Source: Octopus vulgaris (Eukaryota). From it: DNA of 64,000 bases. The DNA lies in the NCBI GenBank assembly GCA_951406725.2, contig OX597820.1, positions 28,644,001-28,708,000 of the forward strand. The letters are read 5' to 3'. Of this stretch, positions 41,029 to 54,109 are shown in pieces. A program made the translations under genes and the position numbers. The stretch's first letter is position 1, and each line of letters opens with the position of its first letter. The notes under the pieces were generated by a model. It was not told the DNA's origin. It did not search any database and saw only the letters and a list, made by a program, of their open reading frames with translations.

Positions 41029-41432
41029 ACAAATAATTTATTATACCGTAAAATAAATTTTCTTTTGAAATGATCGCAATCATATGAATATCAACTGTGA
41101 AAAAAATAACCATATTCATCTCGTACCTCCTCTCTTTATATTTTATATACTCCTTATGAAATAATAATTGATACTTCGATTTACTGGATTTCAACTGCAT
41201 TACACCCCTTTGTTTTGTTTTACTACGCAGTTTGTAGACTGATCCGCTAAAGGAGAATTTTTGTGAGTGCCACCAGATTGGTTAACTCCATATACTGTAC
41301 ATTTATTATACACACACACACACACACATATATATGTATATATATACATATGTGTGTGAGTAGGTGTGTGTGTGTGTGTGTATGTATGTGTGTGCGTGCC
41401 TGTGTCTATTTTGTGTATATATATATAACGAG

Positions 41433-41503
<71 letters not shown>

Positions 41504-41508
<5 letters not shown>

Positions 41509-41634
41509 TCAGATGAATATGGTACTTCAGTTGAGGCACCAGAATTTACTACGGTTTTATCCATACAATTTCAGAATTAGGTGATTAAAATCAAAATAAG
41601 CAACAAAGATATCCAGAGGTAATGCAGTACGGTC

Positions 41635-41636
<2 letters not shown>
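41504..41636 (-). mobile_element. Solo pLTR/tail piece, same family as 57001-57238
   Basis: agattcag.tgaatatggta...ggcaccagaattt...aatcaaaataag...gatatcca.aggtaatgcagtacg is shared; lies between (GATA)n and (TA)n. Confidence 0.75.
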
Positions 41637-41674
<38 letters not shown>

Positions 41675-43033
41675 TGGTGTTCTTTTCTAATATATTAATA
41701 TACACAATTACTATGGCCCGAAGTTTTGCCGAGACTGTATTTGTATTCGTTATTTCTATTCAGCCTTTTCACAGATATATTAATATTTGCCCGGTGCACA
41801 TTTTAGTGACAATTCTTTAGATGAAGTATGAAGTTCTTGACAAAAACCACAAAATATACATGACTGACTGAGACAAGCAAGAATTTTTATGATTATGAAT
41901 ATTTGAGAGTGTTTGTGAGTCTTTATGTTTTCCTGTGTATATATGTATGCACATGTGTTATTGGTTGGATTTAAATATCTGGAGAAATACTGTTCTATGA
42001 GTAATTGGTGAACGATTTAATCTGCAGTTGTGTTGTTATCTCTCAGCTTCTAACTAGAAACCTGCTAAATTTAATAAAGTCTCATTTCGCCTGAAGACAT
42101 TTCAGTATTACTAGATTATTAAGAAACTAGTCACGAATCAAAGAAAAACCTCCCAAAGTTATAGTAGTTCCATAGAATTACCGTAATACTCATATGCTAA
42201 ACTTATTTATCGACGGATTTTTTTTTTTTTTTTTTGCCAAAAACATTGTTTAATGTTTAGCAAAAGATGCAGAAATCGCTGCGGAACAGTTTACAGAATT
42301 TAATTTTCTGATTAATTGGAACTGAGAATATGTCATAATTCAAATTATCCAATTGAAGAATTTAAATACAAAATTTACACAACAATAAATTCCTTCGCAG
42401 AGCTCTCTTCAATACAAATGCAGATACCCTGTTGCTTTTATCCGCGGCGTCGAATATTTAATGCATCCGTTCTCCACCTCTATCACCCCCAACTTTTAAC
42501 TCTTTCTTTCCCTCTCACTCGTTTAATAGAATTAGTTGTTCGTTACCACCACTATATTTAAGAACAAATATTTATTTTTATTAACGATCAGGTGAGTAGT
42601 ACCGTTTTAAAAGTAAAAAAATTACCTGATTCAAATTTATGAGGAATATCGTCAAAAAGGTTGATGCAAATTCAGTAGTTAGGGTGGCCTAGCATGTATT
42701 TTTTATTCCTATAGTGATTTCTGTGGATAATTTGTCATCACTACTGATGTTGATGCAGTCGGTTAACAACCTCTCTTTAAAATTAATGATGTTTTGCTTA
42801 AATTTCCTAGTCTTCGATTTCGTTACGGCGATTTCCTTACATCGACCTCATTACGGACAGCGACATCGAAGAATCATAAATTACTCCAATCACAACAACA
42901 ATAGTAAAATATTTGGCCAGCCCAACTGTGGAATCAACACGAGCTCTTAAGAGAATCCGACTTATAAATTTATATCAAGATCGTTTCACTTTTAAAAGAA
43001 TACTGTCCAACTGTTCGAGAAATATATACATAT

Positions 43034-43608
43034 AGGCGCAGGAGTGGCTGTGTGCTAAGTAGCTTGTTTACCAACCACATGGTTCCGGGTTCAGTCCCAC
43101 TGCGTGGCATCTTGGGCAAGTGTCTCCTACTATAGCCTCGGGCCAACCAAAGCCTTGTGAGTGGATTCGGTAGACAGAAACTGAAAGAAGCCCGTCGTAT
43201 ATATGTATATATATATATGCGTGTGTGTGTTTGTGTGTCTGTGTTTGTCCCCCTAGCATTGCTTGACAACCGATGCTGGTGTGTTTATGTCCCTGTCACC
43301 TAGCGGTTCGGCAAATGAGACCAATAGAATAAGTACTGGGCTTACAAAAGAATAAGTCCCGGGGTCGAGTTGCTCGATTAAAGGCGGTGCTCTAGCATGG
43401 CCGCAGTCAAATGACTGAAACAAGTAAAAGAGTAAAAGAGTATATAAGCGCAGGAGTGCCTATGTGGTAAGTAGGTTGCTTTCCAACCACATAGTTCTGG
43501 GTTCAGTCTCACTGCGTGGTACCTTTGGCAAATCTCTACTAATATATCCACGGGGCGACCAAAGCTGGGTGAATGTGGTAGCCGTAAACTGAAAGAAGTT
43601 TGCTGTGT
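43034..43608 (+). mobile_element. SINE family A full copy (43034-43441) plus tandem 5' half (43447-43608)
   Basis: Family A consensus. Confidence 0.9.
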
Positions 43609-43743
43609 ATGTCTATAAAACAAAACTCACTACTTGAATGGACCATAATCAAAACTTGGCTTAATCAGGATTTAGATAATCCTATTAGGTGGTGCTATTA
43701 AGTTAGACATGGCCTGGACCAATCTTTGGTCGAAACATATCTA

Positions 43744-43748
<5 letters not shown>
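43609..43748 (+). mobile_element. Short 3' fragment of the CR1-group LINE family seen at 59113-60180
   Basis: QNSLLEW plus tail ggtggtgctattaagttagacatggcctgg...ctaagtt, followed by (TA)n. Confidence 0.8.
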
Positions 43749-43820
<72 letters not shown>

Positions 43821-44019
43821 AGTTAGAGTGAGGTGTTTGTTGGAAAGAAAAATATATCGAAAATTTGAAATCTGAAAATAAATAGAACACATTGACAAAA
43901 GCATATTTATTATCGTATTCAGAATGATTATTTAGGTGAAATTGTTTGTGGCAAAATTCTTTTTTAAAATGCTTCTCCGGATATTAATGACGGATCTAAT
44001 AGTATAATAGTATACTATG

Positions 44020-44365
44020 TAGGCGCAGACTGTGCGGTGTGGCAAAGAGTTTGCTTCCGGCCCAGTCCCACTGGGTGTTACCTAGGGCACCTGTCTTGTA
44101 CTATAACATCGAGATGACCAAAGCTTTGTGAGTGGATTTGGCAGACAGAAACTGAAAGAAGCCAGTCCGTCATATATGTGTGTGCGTGTGTATATCTTCC
44201 CCTACCATTTGGCAACTAGTGTTGGTTTGTTTACATCCACGTAACTTAGTGGCTCGGCCAACAAAACAGATAGAATAGATACCAGAGTCAACTCGTTCGT
44301 CCAAAAATTCTTTGAGGCCCTGCACCAGCATGGCTTCAGTCTAATGACTGAAACAGATAAAAAAT
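44020..44365 (+). mobile_element. SINE family A, diverged
   Basis: aggcgcagactgtgcggtgtggc...cagcatggcttcagtctaatgactgaaac. Confidence 0.8.
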
Positions 44366-44687
44366 ATAAATGGGTGTATATTATCTAGAGTAAATGTATA
44401 TATATATTATCTAGAGTAAATATTTCAAGCATATTTTGAGTAACACGTAATTCGAAATCAACAATAAGATTTTTTTTCAATGCATTATTCAAGAACATAC
44501 AAGGAGCAATAATTTAGGGTTCTGAATAATCCTTTCTATAGGCACAAGGCCTGAAATTTTGGGAGAGTGAGCAAGTCGATTAGTGGTACTTAGTTCTTCG
44601 ACCCCGAAAGGATGCAAGGCATTGTTTTGAATAATAACACACGGAATACGCCATTAGAAAATAAGTTGATAAAATAATAATGATAGA

Positions 44688-44893
44688 GGGGCAGGAGTGG
44701 CTGCGGTAAGTAGCTAGGCGCAGGAGTGGCTGTGTGGTAAGTAGCATGCTTACCAACTACATGGTTCCGGGTTCAGTCCCACCGCGTGGCACATTGAGCA
44801 AGTGTCTTCTACTATAGCCTCAGGCCGGCCAAAGCCTTGTGAGTGGATTTGGTAGACGGAAACTGAAAGAAGCCCGTCGTATATATGTATATG

Positions 44894-44942
<49 letters not shown>

Positions 44943-45160
44943 ATGCGTGTGTCTGTGTTTGTCCCCCAGCATCGCTTGACAACCGATGCTGGTGTGTTTA
45001 CGTCCCCGTAACTTAGCTGTTCGGCAAAAGAGACCGATAGAATAAGTACTAGGCTTACAAAGAATAAGTCCTGGCGTCGATTTTCTCGACTAAAGGCGGT
45101 GCTCCAGCATAGCCGCAGTCAAATCATTCAAACAAGTAAAATAGTAAAAGAGTAAACAGT
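44688..45160 (+). mobile_element. SINE family A, full length with a duplicated 5' head
   Basis: ggggcaggagtggctgcggtaagtagct immediately precedes aggcgcaggagtggctgtgtggtaagtagc. Confidence 0.9.
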
Positions 45161-45519
45161 AAAGAGAGAGTGTGTTTCACTCTCTTAATACGTTAGGTCA
45201 TAGAATCCTGTAAAAATGCGTAGAACTATACACACATTCAAATATTTACATAACTACGTTACTCCACAGTCTCAAATTGATGTATGCTCGAGCAAAACGC
45301 CCCCCCCCCCCCGTCCAGTGGATGGTGCTGAGTTGTCAAACATTTAGACCAAAATTTTCTCAAAACAACTTGTCCGGCGGTCCCATAGGCCTCCCCTTTG
45401 AGAAACACTGTTTAACCCAAATTCGAGACACCAGCAAAAGAAGAAATAAAGATAGACTGTTTTTCTATTCCAAAGAAAAACGATTTTATTCACACAAATA
45501 TGCAACCGAAGAGTTTAAA

Positions 45520-45833
45520 GTATCAGTAATACTGCATTTTATGGCATTATTTCAAGCCAGCCGGCTTTTTTGCGCAAACTGCACGTGTATTTTACTCGCG
45601 TACGCGTAGTATCGATCGCAACAGCTGATGTACTTGCGCGTACAAATGCACGTTCCCATGGCTTTATCGATCGCATTCTCATCTGGAATCGGTTTTTGTA
45701 ATTTTTGCAAGACTTATACACGCCCTGATACCGTCGGTATCTACATATCAAATTTGAGCGCAAACGGATGGAGGATGCCCGAGATCGTAGAAGACACACA
45801 CACAGACAGAGAGAACGGATTTTATATAATAGA
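45520..45833 (-). mobile_element. Helitron-like 5' portion
   Basis: Minus strand A|TCtattatataaaa + tctgtctgtgtgtg, as at 60613; no 3' CTAG hairpin located. Confidence 0.5.
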
Positions 45834-46171
45834 TTTAAAAGAAGCTCCTTTTCTTTTTTCTTTTTTTTTTTTGGGCAATAATAAACAATATATAAGCACA
45901 AGTGATTGTGAAACTGAATAATTAGTATGTATCAGAATATACACAGATATCACTAAATACATAGTAAAATTGAATTTGGAAATTTAATAGCGAATTACAT
46001 TCTAAAAATTAACAGCCACTTAGTGAAGCAGCGAATGTTTATTACGAATATAATTTGCAGCGTAAAAAATTTTCAGCATAGAATGAAGACATTTTAATAG
46101 CATTTGCAACGTAAAAAAGTTTCAGCATAAAACGAAAACGTTTTAATGGCATTAATATTAATATGACAGTT

Positions 46172-47045
46172 TAAAGCGATGAGCTAGTAGAGTCGTTAGC
46201 ACATCAGTTAAAGTGCTTAGCGACATTTCGTCCGTCGTTAGGTTCTGAGTTCAAATTCCGCTAAGGTCGGCCTTGCCATTAAACCTTTCGTGGTCGATAT
46301 GATATGTGCCAGTTGAACACTGGAACCGATGTAGTCGACTTATCCCCTCACCCAGAATTTATTGACTTGTGAAACAATTTGAAACTAATATTAAGATAGT
46401 AGTAAGGCGGCGAGCTGGCAGAAACGTTAGCACGCCGGGCAAAATGCGTAACCGTACTTCGTCTGCCGTTATGTTCTGAGTTCAAATTCCGTCGAGGTCG
46501 ACTTTGTCTTTCATCCTTTCGGGTTCGGTTAAATAAGTACCAGTTACGCACTGGGGTCGATGTAATCGACTTAATCCGTTTGTCTGTCCTTGTTTGTCCC
46601 CTCTGTGTTTAGCCCCCTGTGGGTAGTAAAGAAATAGGTATGTCGTCTATCGTTACGTTCTAAGCTCAAATTCCGCAAAGATCGACTTTTCCTTTCATTC
46701 TTTCGGGGTCGTTAAATTAAGTACTGGAGTAAATTGCGTACGGGAGCCGATCTAATCGACTAGCCCTGTTCCCAAAAATTTCGAGCCTTGTGCCTTGAGT
46801 AGAAAAGAATATTAAAATATTAGCTTAAGGCGGCGAGCAGGCAGAATCCTTAGCACACCGGGCGAAAAGTTTAGCGGTATTTGGCTCGTTTTTAGCTACC
46901 GAGCTCAAATTTTCTAAAGATTAACTTTACCTTTCCTCTTTATGAGGACGATAAAATAAATATCAGCAAAGTATCGGTGTCGATGTAATCGAATTCCCTC
47001 TCCCCAGAAATTAAGATCCTTAGGCCAAAATTTGAAACCAATGCT
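46172..47045 (+). mobile_element. Head-to-tail array of three SINE family B copies (46172-46390, 46404-46815, 46828-47045)
   Basis: Repeated aaggcggcgagctggcagaa...gagttcaaattcc...ctttcatcctttcggg; the middle copy has a duplicated central domain. Confidence 0.85.
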
Positions 47046-47158
47046 AAGTTATGTTCTTAAAAAAAACTAAATGGCAAAAGACCTGAAGAAGTACACATCG
47101 AAAATTTAGTAAGTACTATTGGGAATAAGGTAGGGTTAACATATCTTTTAAAAATCTA

Positions 47159-47234
47159 CGATTTTGCGGAATTTGAGCTTAGAACGTAACGATAGACGAC
47201 ATACCTATTTCTTTACTACCCACAGGGGGCCAAA
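47159..47234 (-). repeat. Inverted local duplicate of 46608-46684
   Basis: About 76 bp with 2 differences, sharing copy-specific variants. Confidence 0.9.
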
Positions 47235-47574
47235 TATGCCATCAAAATGTAAGACAAGATACTGTGATAGCCTGGGCTTCAGAGGACCGAAGTTCTTCAA
47301 TATCCTCCTGAAGGACCTGAGAGACCTGCATGGGGTGGATGCAGATGTCTTTAAAATAAAGCTGGACCTCTTCCTGTCAGGTGTCCCAGATGAACCAACT
47401 TCACGGCAGGAGGTGCAGATGAGGGCAGCTGCATCAAACTCTCTCATGCACCAAATGTCAATTGCTAAAAAGCATTCGTGAAGTAAAATCATGTAGCAAC
47501 ACCGAATGGCGGTGCCCCAGCATGGCCACAGCTCGTGAGCTGAAACTAGATAAAATGATAAAATGATAAAATGA
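47235..47574 (+). mobile_element. CR1-group LINE 3' fragment with (GATAAAAT)n tail
   Basis: SLGFRGPKFFNILLKDLR...FKIKLDLFLSGVPDEP...SNSL; 3' UTR ggcggtgccccagcatggccacagctcgtgagctgaaac. Confidence 0.85.
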
Positions 47575-47622
47575 TATATATATAAACATATACAAATATA
47601 TAGTTATTAATACATGAGTATA

Positions 47623-47675
<53 letters not shown>

Positions 47676-47722
47676 GTATGAAAGTATGAATGCATGCATA
47701 TCTGTGTGTGAGTGTATGCGTG

Positions 47723-47781
<59 letters not shown>

Positions 47782-48092
47782 GAAGACGTGGGGAACCTTT
47801 ATATTCCAATAATCAGCTGAATCCAAAACTGGATTCTGCTGAATAACGCGATAGCCATAACATGGAAATGGTCCAAACTTTTATCATAAAGTGTGTGCCT
47901 TATAATAAGTGTATGCCTCCAGAGACTTTCGTATAAAATATCAGTTTAAGAAGTAGGTAAGTGGGATTAACACCCACACACAATTTACAGGGACATGCGC
48001 GAAATCTTTCTGCATGTCTCTTTGCTTTTGTAAGTGTATATATACATTAAAAGCATATATACGTATATATATAACGATATAATATATATATG

Positions 48093-48149
<57 letters not shown>

Positions 48150-48213
48150 CATATATTAACATATATGAGATACAATTACAAATATGCATGCACACATGCA
48201 CACACACACACAC

Positions 48214-48266
<53 letters not shown>

Positions 48267-48355
48267 AATATGTATACACAAACATATAAATAGGAATATG
48301 TATATATATGTACGTATGTATATACATATATATATATATGTATATATATATATAG

Positions 48356-48496
<141 letters not shown>

Positions 48497-49809
48497 TACA
48501 CAAGAGCTAAATCAATCATGAAGATTTGGAGATTGTATAAAAGAAGCGATTTTTCACCCTCTTTATGTTATTTCTTTTGCCAAACAATTTTGGACAAGAG
48601 TGTAACTGGGAAATATTGCAGAATTAAGCGTTTGCCCTGTGGCATTTTCCTAAGAACAGACACTTGCTGTTTCTTCTATCGTATCGTATACTACCTGAAA
48701 ATCTAGAAGAATGGCTGAACTGCATCAGATTTCACTAACCTTACTTCAATGATTAGATAATGGACACTCTTTGCAAGTTTATTTATTTTATTTTCATTTT
48801 ATTTTCTCCTTCAATTTTTCGTTACCATATCTTTTTTTTTTTATATTTCTATAACTTTCTGCCTTTTATCATTTTTACTCTTCGTTTATATTCGTCTCCA
48901 TTTCTATTTTACTTCATCCGATTTTGCTACACTTGCTTACGCATATTTTTTTTCGGGTCTTTTCCTCATTTTTCTTCATTGAATTCTTAATGTTTTCCTT
49001 TCTTGTCTCTCATTATTCTTCTAGTTCTGCTCTCCTCAATGGTTTTCTTCTTTCAATCTCGTCTTTCGTAGTATTTGTTTCGTCAGGTTTCGGCTGTCTT
49101 ATTTCGTCGTCTGTCTTTCCACTTACTTTATTTTCTATAGTTTAATTTTTGTGCCTTATTTATTTATTTACTTATTATCATTTTTCTGTATTGCTATCCT
49201 CACGTCATTTGGATTTTTTTCCATCTGCAGCTTCCATTTTCTCCTGAATAGTTCCTACCTGTTCTATCGTCCTTCATATCTTATGTTACTTTTTATTTTC
49301 AAGCTAAAAATGGCGACTTCATACACAATCCTAACAATAAAATGAAGCATCAATGTTGAACATCTGCATCACTAATACGACACTATACGTTTGAAATGCA
49401 TAATGCATACTGTCTCAACCAACTGTGCAGCGAATGTCCATTTTACTGTTTGGTGTACTTTTTGTGGGTTTTTGAAAGCTAAAGTTTATCTGTGCCAATG
49501 TATAATTCTCTGACAATCATTACTGTGCTTTTTCAAGTGAGTCAGTTGCAGTAGTTTTAGGTTTAAGGCTTTATTTTGGAACAGCAATCATGTTGAACAA
49601 CAAAAATAAATGTGATATAAGGAATATTCCGGCTGCATAAGTGAAGTTATTATAAGAAGCATAGTAGCTGCATTATAAAGGATATAATGTACATGGTGGT
49701 TGCATAAGCGAGCATATAGGGGACATGGAAGTTGCGTAAATAATGTCAGCAAAAACTAATCACGTAAGCAACGTAATTCAAGTAGCTCTAAAGGAATTAA
49801 TACAGCAAA

Positions 49810-50108
<299 letters not shown>

Positions 50109-50310
50109 CGATTTCAAATTTTGGTACAAAATAAGCAAATTTGAGGGAAGGAATTAGTTGGAGTAATTTATCCAGGTATCAATTCTTTAGTAAGACACAA
50201 GTTTATGAATTTAGGAGCAATGTAGTTGGTATTTGTAGCAGTTCGAACGGCCACATAGACAGAAGCTGCCGAATGTAATTGTGCTTAAGAGTGTTTTTCG
50301 TGTACATTAG

Positions 50311-51122
50311 TCATCATCATTCATCATTGTTCCACCGTGGTCGAGACAATGGAATTTACCATGCTACGACAGACTTCACGGTCTATCATGGCATTACGGA
50401 GGTCCTGTTGCTGGATGCATGTATCCCTGGAGATTACATCAGGGTAGGAAAGTGTGCGCCCTCTGGTATTACGAGTAGATGGCTTCCAGAGGAGAAGAGT
50501 AGAAAATACTTCTTTTTCAGCTCTACAACAATGTCCAGCAAACTGGATTCTCCTACCTTTCACAAGAGATGACACAGGTGGTAGTTTCCCATATATTTGC
50601 ATTTTGGTTGGATGGCGCTTCCACGAGAGATTTTGAGCTCTCATAAGGTGGTGAGTGTAGGTTCCATCCAACCGCCTCTCAAGCTTCTTTGATAACGTCT
50701 AGGTTTCTGAGCCATATAGTAGAATTGGTTCGACTGTGGCTTTGAAGATTTCAAGTTTGAAGTCTCTACTTAGATTTGATGACCAGATCTTATGCATGTC
50801 ATTACAGGCTGACCAGGCCATACCCTTTCTAGTTAGAAAGTCTTTTCCAGATGATGATATGTATGACTCAAGATATTTATAATCAGAAACCATATTTAAG
50901 GGCGCATTGTTGAGAGTATGGATGATGCAATCACTGTTGGACAGGTACTTGTTTATGTATTCAGTTTTGGCCTCATTGAGGTAAAGACCTACACAATTTG
51001 AGGCTTGTTCAAGAGATTGTAAAAGATACTGGGCATTGGAGAGAGAATCACTGATAAGAGCGATGTCGTCAGCAAAGTCAGTGTCTGTCAAGTACTCAGC
51101 TGGGTGTCTGGAACTTATTCTT
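50311..51122 (-). mobile_element. RTE-clade LINE 3' fragment (RT C-half) with (TGA)n tail
   Basis: DTDFADDIAL, VGLYLNEAKTE, YKYL.SYI, ILLYGSET, FAGHCCR; the stop is followed by tgatgaatgatgatga. Confidence 0.9.
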
Positions 51123-51415
51123 AGTACTTCAGGGTGTTGTGACTAGAACAACCTTATGAGAGCTACATATAATTTCATTGTAGGCAGCAGGAACTAATTA
51201 AGTGAAGGGCGTTTATTATATAACAACAACGAAGTTGATTGTATCTGAGATTTCTTTGTTCAAACATACATCACAACAGCCTTGATAGTTATAATGCTAT
51301 CTTATTCTACTTTATTTAACAACAATTTTGCCTGAGACTACTCAAATATTAGGAATTCTTACATAATACAGGACAGCACTGTTCTGTAATTCTTCAATAC
51401 ACACACACACACACA

Positions 51416-51504
<89 letters not shown>

Positions 51505-52015
51505 ATGGGGGGTGTTTCATCTCCAGTTTCCTTCAGTTTCTAAGGCAGGAATTCGGATGTTGTGTCAAGTACAACAATTAGCAAAGGAACAATTCTTACC
51601 TTTGTGATTCATAATCTATTCATCTATCACGTTAGGTCTGACCATCATCATCATCGTCATCATTATTACTGTTACTATTATTATTTGAAATCCTTTAAAT
51701 TAACTTAATAATCGAGCAAGCATGAATATTTTATAAATATAATTAGATACATATAAATTTATATTAGCATCGATATAGGGAGGCTAGCAACAGACGATAG
51801 TGCATCTTGCCTCCCAGTATTTCTCAAAGGTGTACTCACACCACCTACCTGTTTTCGATAACTTGACACGTATCCACACTGCTTTCATTAAACCATTCAT
51901 GATGCGGGTGTCACCGTAAACTGCCATCGTAAACTGCGAGAGGTACCAGAATAACTCGCTCAGTGGCTTTGCTTTTTGTATTATCAGCCGCTCAGACATA
52001 TCTACCTTTCTCGCC

Positions 52016-52089
<74 letters not shown>

Positions 52090-52136
52090 TTATCTATCAA
52101 TATATATATATATATATATATATACATACACACACA

Positions 52137-52703
52137 TTAATACGAAATAAGATTCAATACATACGCGCATTTCAAAGGACAATACAAATATGTAAGAAAA
52201 ATTATAACCATAGTAATTATAATTGAATTTATGCATTGTCATTTTCATCAATGTGAGGAATTTTTGTAAAGACCTCAAAAATTTACAATGTTAAAGTAAA
52301 AATGTACATACGTGCAGAGAGAAAACCAAAGAGAACTTAACAAGGAAAAACATTGTAAATATTTGACGTCTGTACAAAAATTCCCCACACTGATAATAAT
52401 GGCAATGCATAAATATAATTATAATTTTCTTACATATTTGCATTGTACTTTGAAACGCGCTTATGCAATGAATCCTATTTTGTATTAAATCTAATTTGAT
52501 TCAACATCTTTTTCTCCATTTTTCTATAATTGTTTATGGTATATTTATACCTATAGCGATATTTTCAACAACTATTTTCGTATTCCTATTACTTGCTCTG
52601 GCTTTTTTTATGAATACGATGAATCTTTATTACAAATCATTCTTTCTCTCTTTTTGCACCTCTCAAAAAGTTTGAATTATCCTCTTTTGAACTTATTTTT
52701 CCC
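52137..52703 (+). mobile_element. Older fold-back + tail cassette (arms 52137-52292 and 52349-52488); each arm holds a decayed hammerhead
   Basis: Two-arm consensus ACA-CTGATGA-AAA.GACAATGCA...TGCATTGTC.TTT-GAAAC-GCGC-GTA-TGT; TA-rich microsatellites on both sides. Confidence 0.75.
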
Positions 52704-52707
52704 ATAC

Positions 52708-52796
<89 letters not shown>

Positions 52797-52797
<1 letters not shown>

Positions 52798-53007
52798 CGG
52801 GAAGCTTTATGAAAATAGACAAAAGACGAAGGCAGGTGGAATACAAACAAACAATTGTATTAGTATGGCGCTCAGGAATATAAATAAAACAAGTATTTTA
52901 CATTTCGAGCCTACGCTCTTCAACAGAAAGATACACAGAAAAGAAACACAGAAAGAAACAAGGAGAGAAAAAAATGCGTGCAGAGGCTAGCGAATCAACA
53001 TGGCGAT
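52797..53007 (-). mobile_element. ~210-bp solo pLTR-like mini element with a hammerhead (52895-52930) in (TA)n
   Basis: Minus strand CTTT-CTGTTGA-A-GAGC(GTAG)GCTC-GAAAT-GTA-AAAT; same family as 19137-19318. Confidence 0.7.
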
Positions 53008-53014
53008 CTATATA

Positions 53015-53071
<57 letters not shown>

Positions 53072-53077
53072 TATCTG

Positions 53078-53112
<35 letters not shown>

Positions 53113-53119
<7 letters not shown>

Positions 53120-53711
53120 TTAGAGACAAAACCACTATTTTGCAAAACAAACAAGGAAAGACTTAATCAATACATAAAATTTTAATAAAAAGTCAAAAAA
53201 ACCGCCACTACAATTGTTTCTTGTCTTGATCGACAATCTTCAGGTGGACTTCCAATAAGTCAGTTTCAAATTATGAATTATGATGATGACATTATTTAGT
53301 CTCATGTTATCCTTGATCAAGCAAATCTATGACTGGAGACATTTTTATTTTTTACCCCGAAAGTATATTTAGAATGATATTATAGACTATATCCAGTGTG
53401 TCCTTCCTTTTTAAAGATATATTGTTTAAGGATTTGAGGGAAATTTGGTTGCTATTTCTACCAGGATTGAGTGACCATAGATATGTCTCATTGGTGATGA
53501 TGACAAAAATAACATCAAGACAAGAAACAATTGTAGTGGCGGTTTTTTTGACTTTTTATTAAAATTTTATGTATTGATTAAGTCTTTCCTTGTTTGTTTT
53601 GCAAAATAGTGGTTTTGTCTCTAATAATATTATATAATATTTTACTATAAAATTGGATTTAATCCTAAATCTGATTTTTTCCCTGTAAATTTGGATTTAT
53701 TCCCTAATATT

Positions 53712-53717
<6 letters not shown>
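53113..53717 (+). mobile_element. Fold-back + tail PLE cassette (arms ~53113-53230 and 53514-53635, identical) in (TA)n
   Basis: Inverted repeat seen directly; flanked by a duplicated (TA)n-GGTATCTGTATG-TATA. Confidence 0.85.
53205..53247 (-). ncRNA. Minimal type I hammerhead ribozyme, canonical core
   Basis: CCAC-CUGAAGA-UUGUC(GAUCAA)GACAA-GAAAC-AAUU-GUA-GUGG. Confidence 0.8.
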
Positions 53718-53763
<46 letters not shown>

Positions 53764-54109
53764 TATCTGTATGTATATAATGTAGTTCTTATGTTAAAAA
53801 TTTGACTAGTTTTAATTGTCTTCTTTCTTTCCGCCCAAAATAGTTATTGTTTATTGATTGAAGGCTCGGAGAAGAGCAACATTGACGTTACCTTTTAGAA
53901 ACAGATTTAGTAGCATACCATTAAGGATTTCATAGTCAGCGTGTATGATACGCTTCTCCAATCTTCAGTACAGCATAATCAGAACATATAAACATGAACA
54001 TTCATACATACAAAGCGAACAGCAAACATATCCAACATAGCATATACAAATGTTCACACATATAGCCATGCAAAAGGCAGAGTTCTCCACTTACATCTCG
54101 GTTACACGT

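Noticed and set aside
44377-44421. Short tandem duplications (also 3755-3782, 11384-11406)
   Set aside because: Ordinary slippage products in AT-rich DNA.
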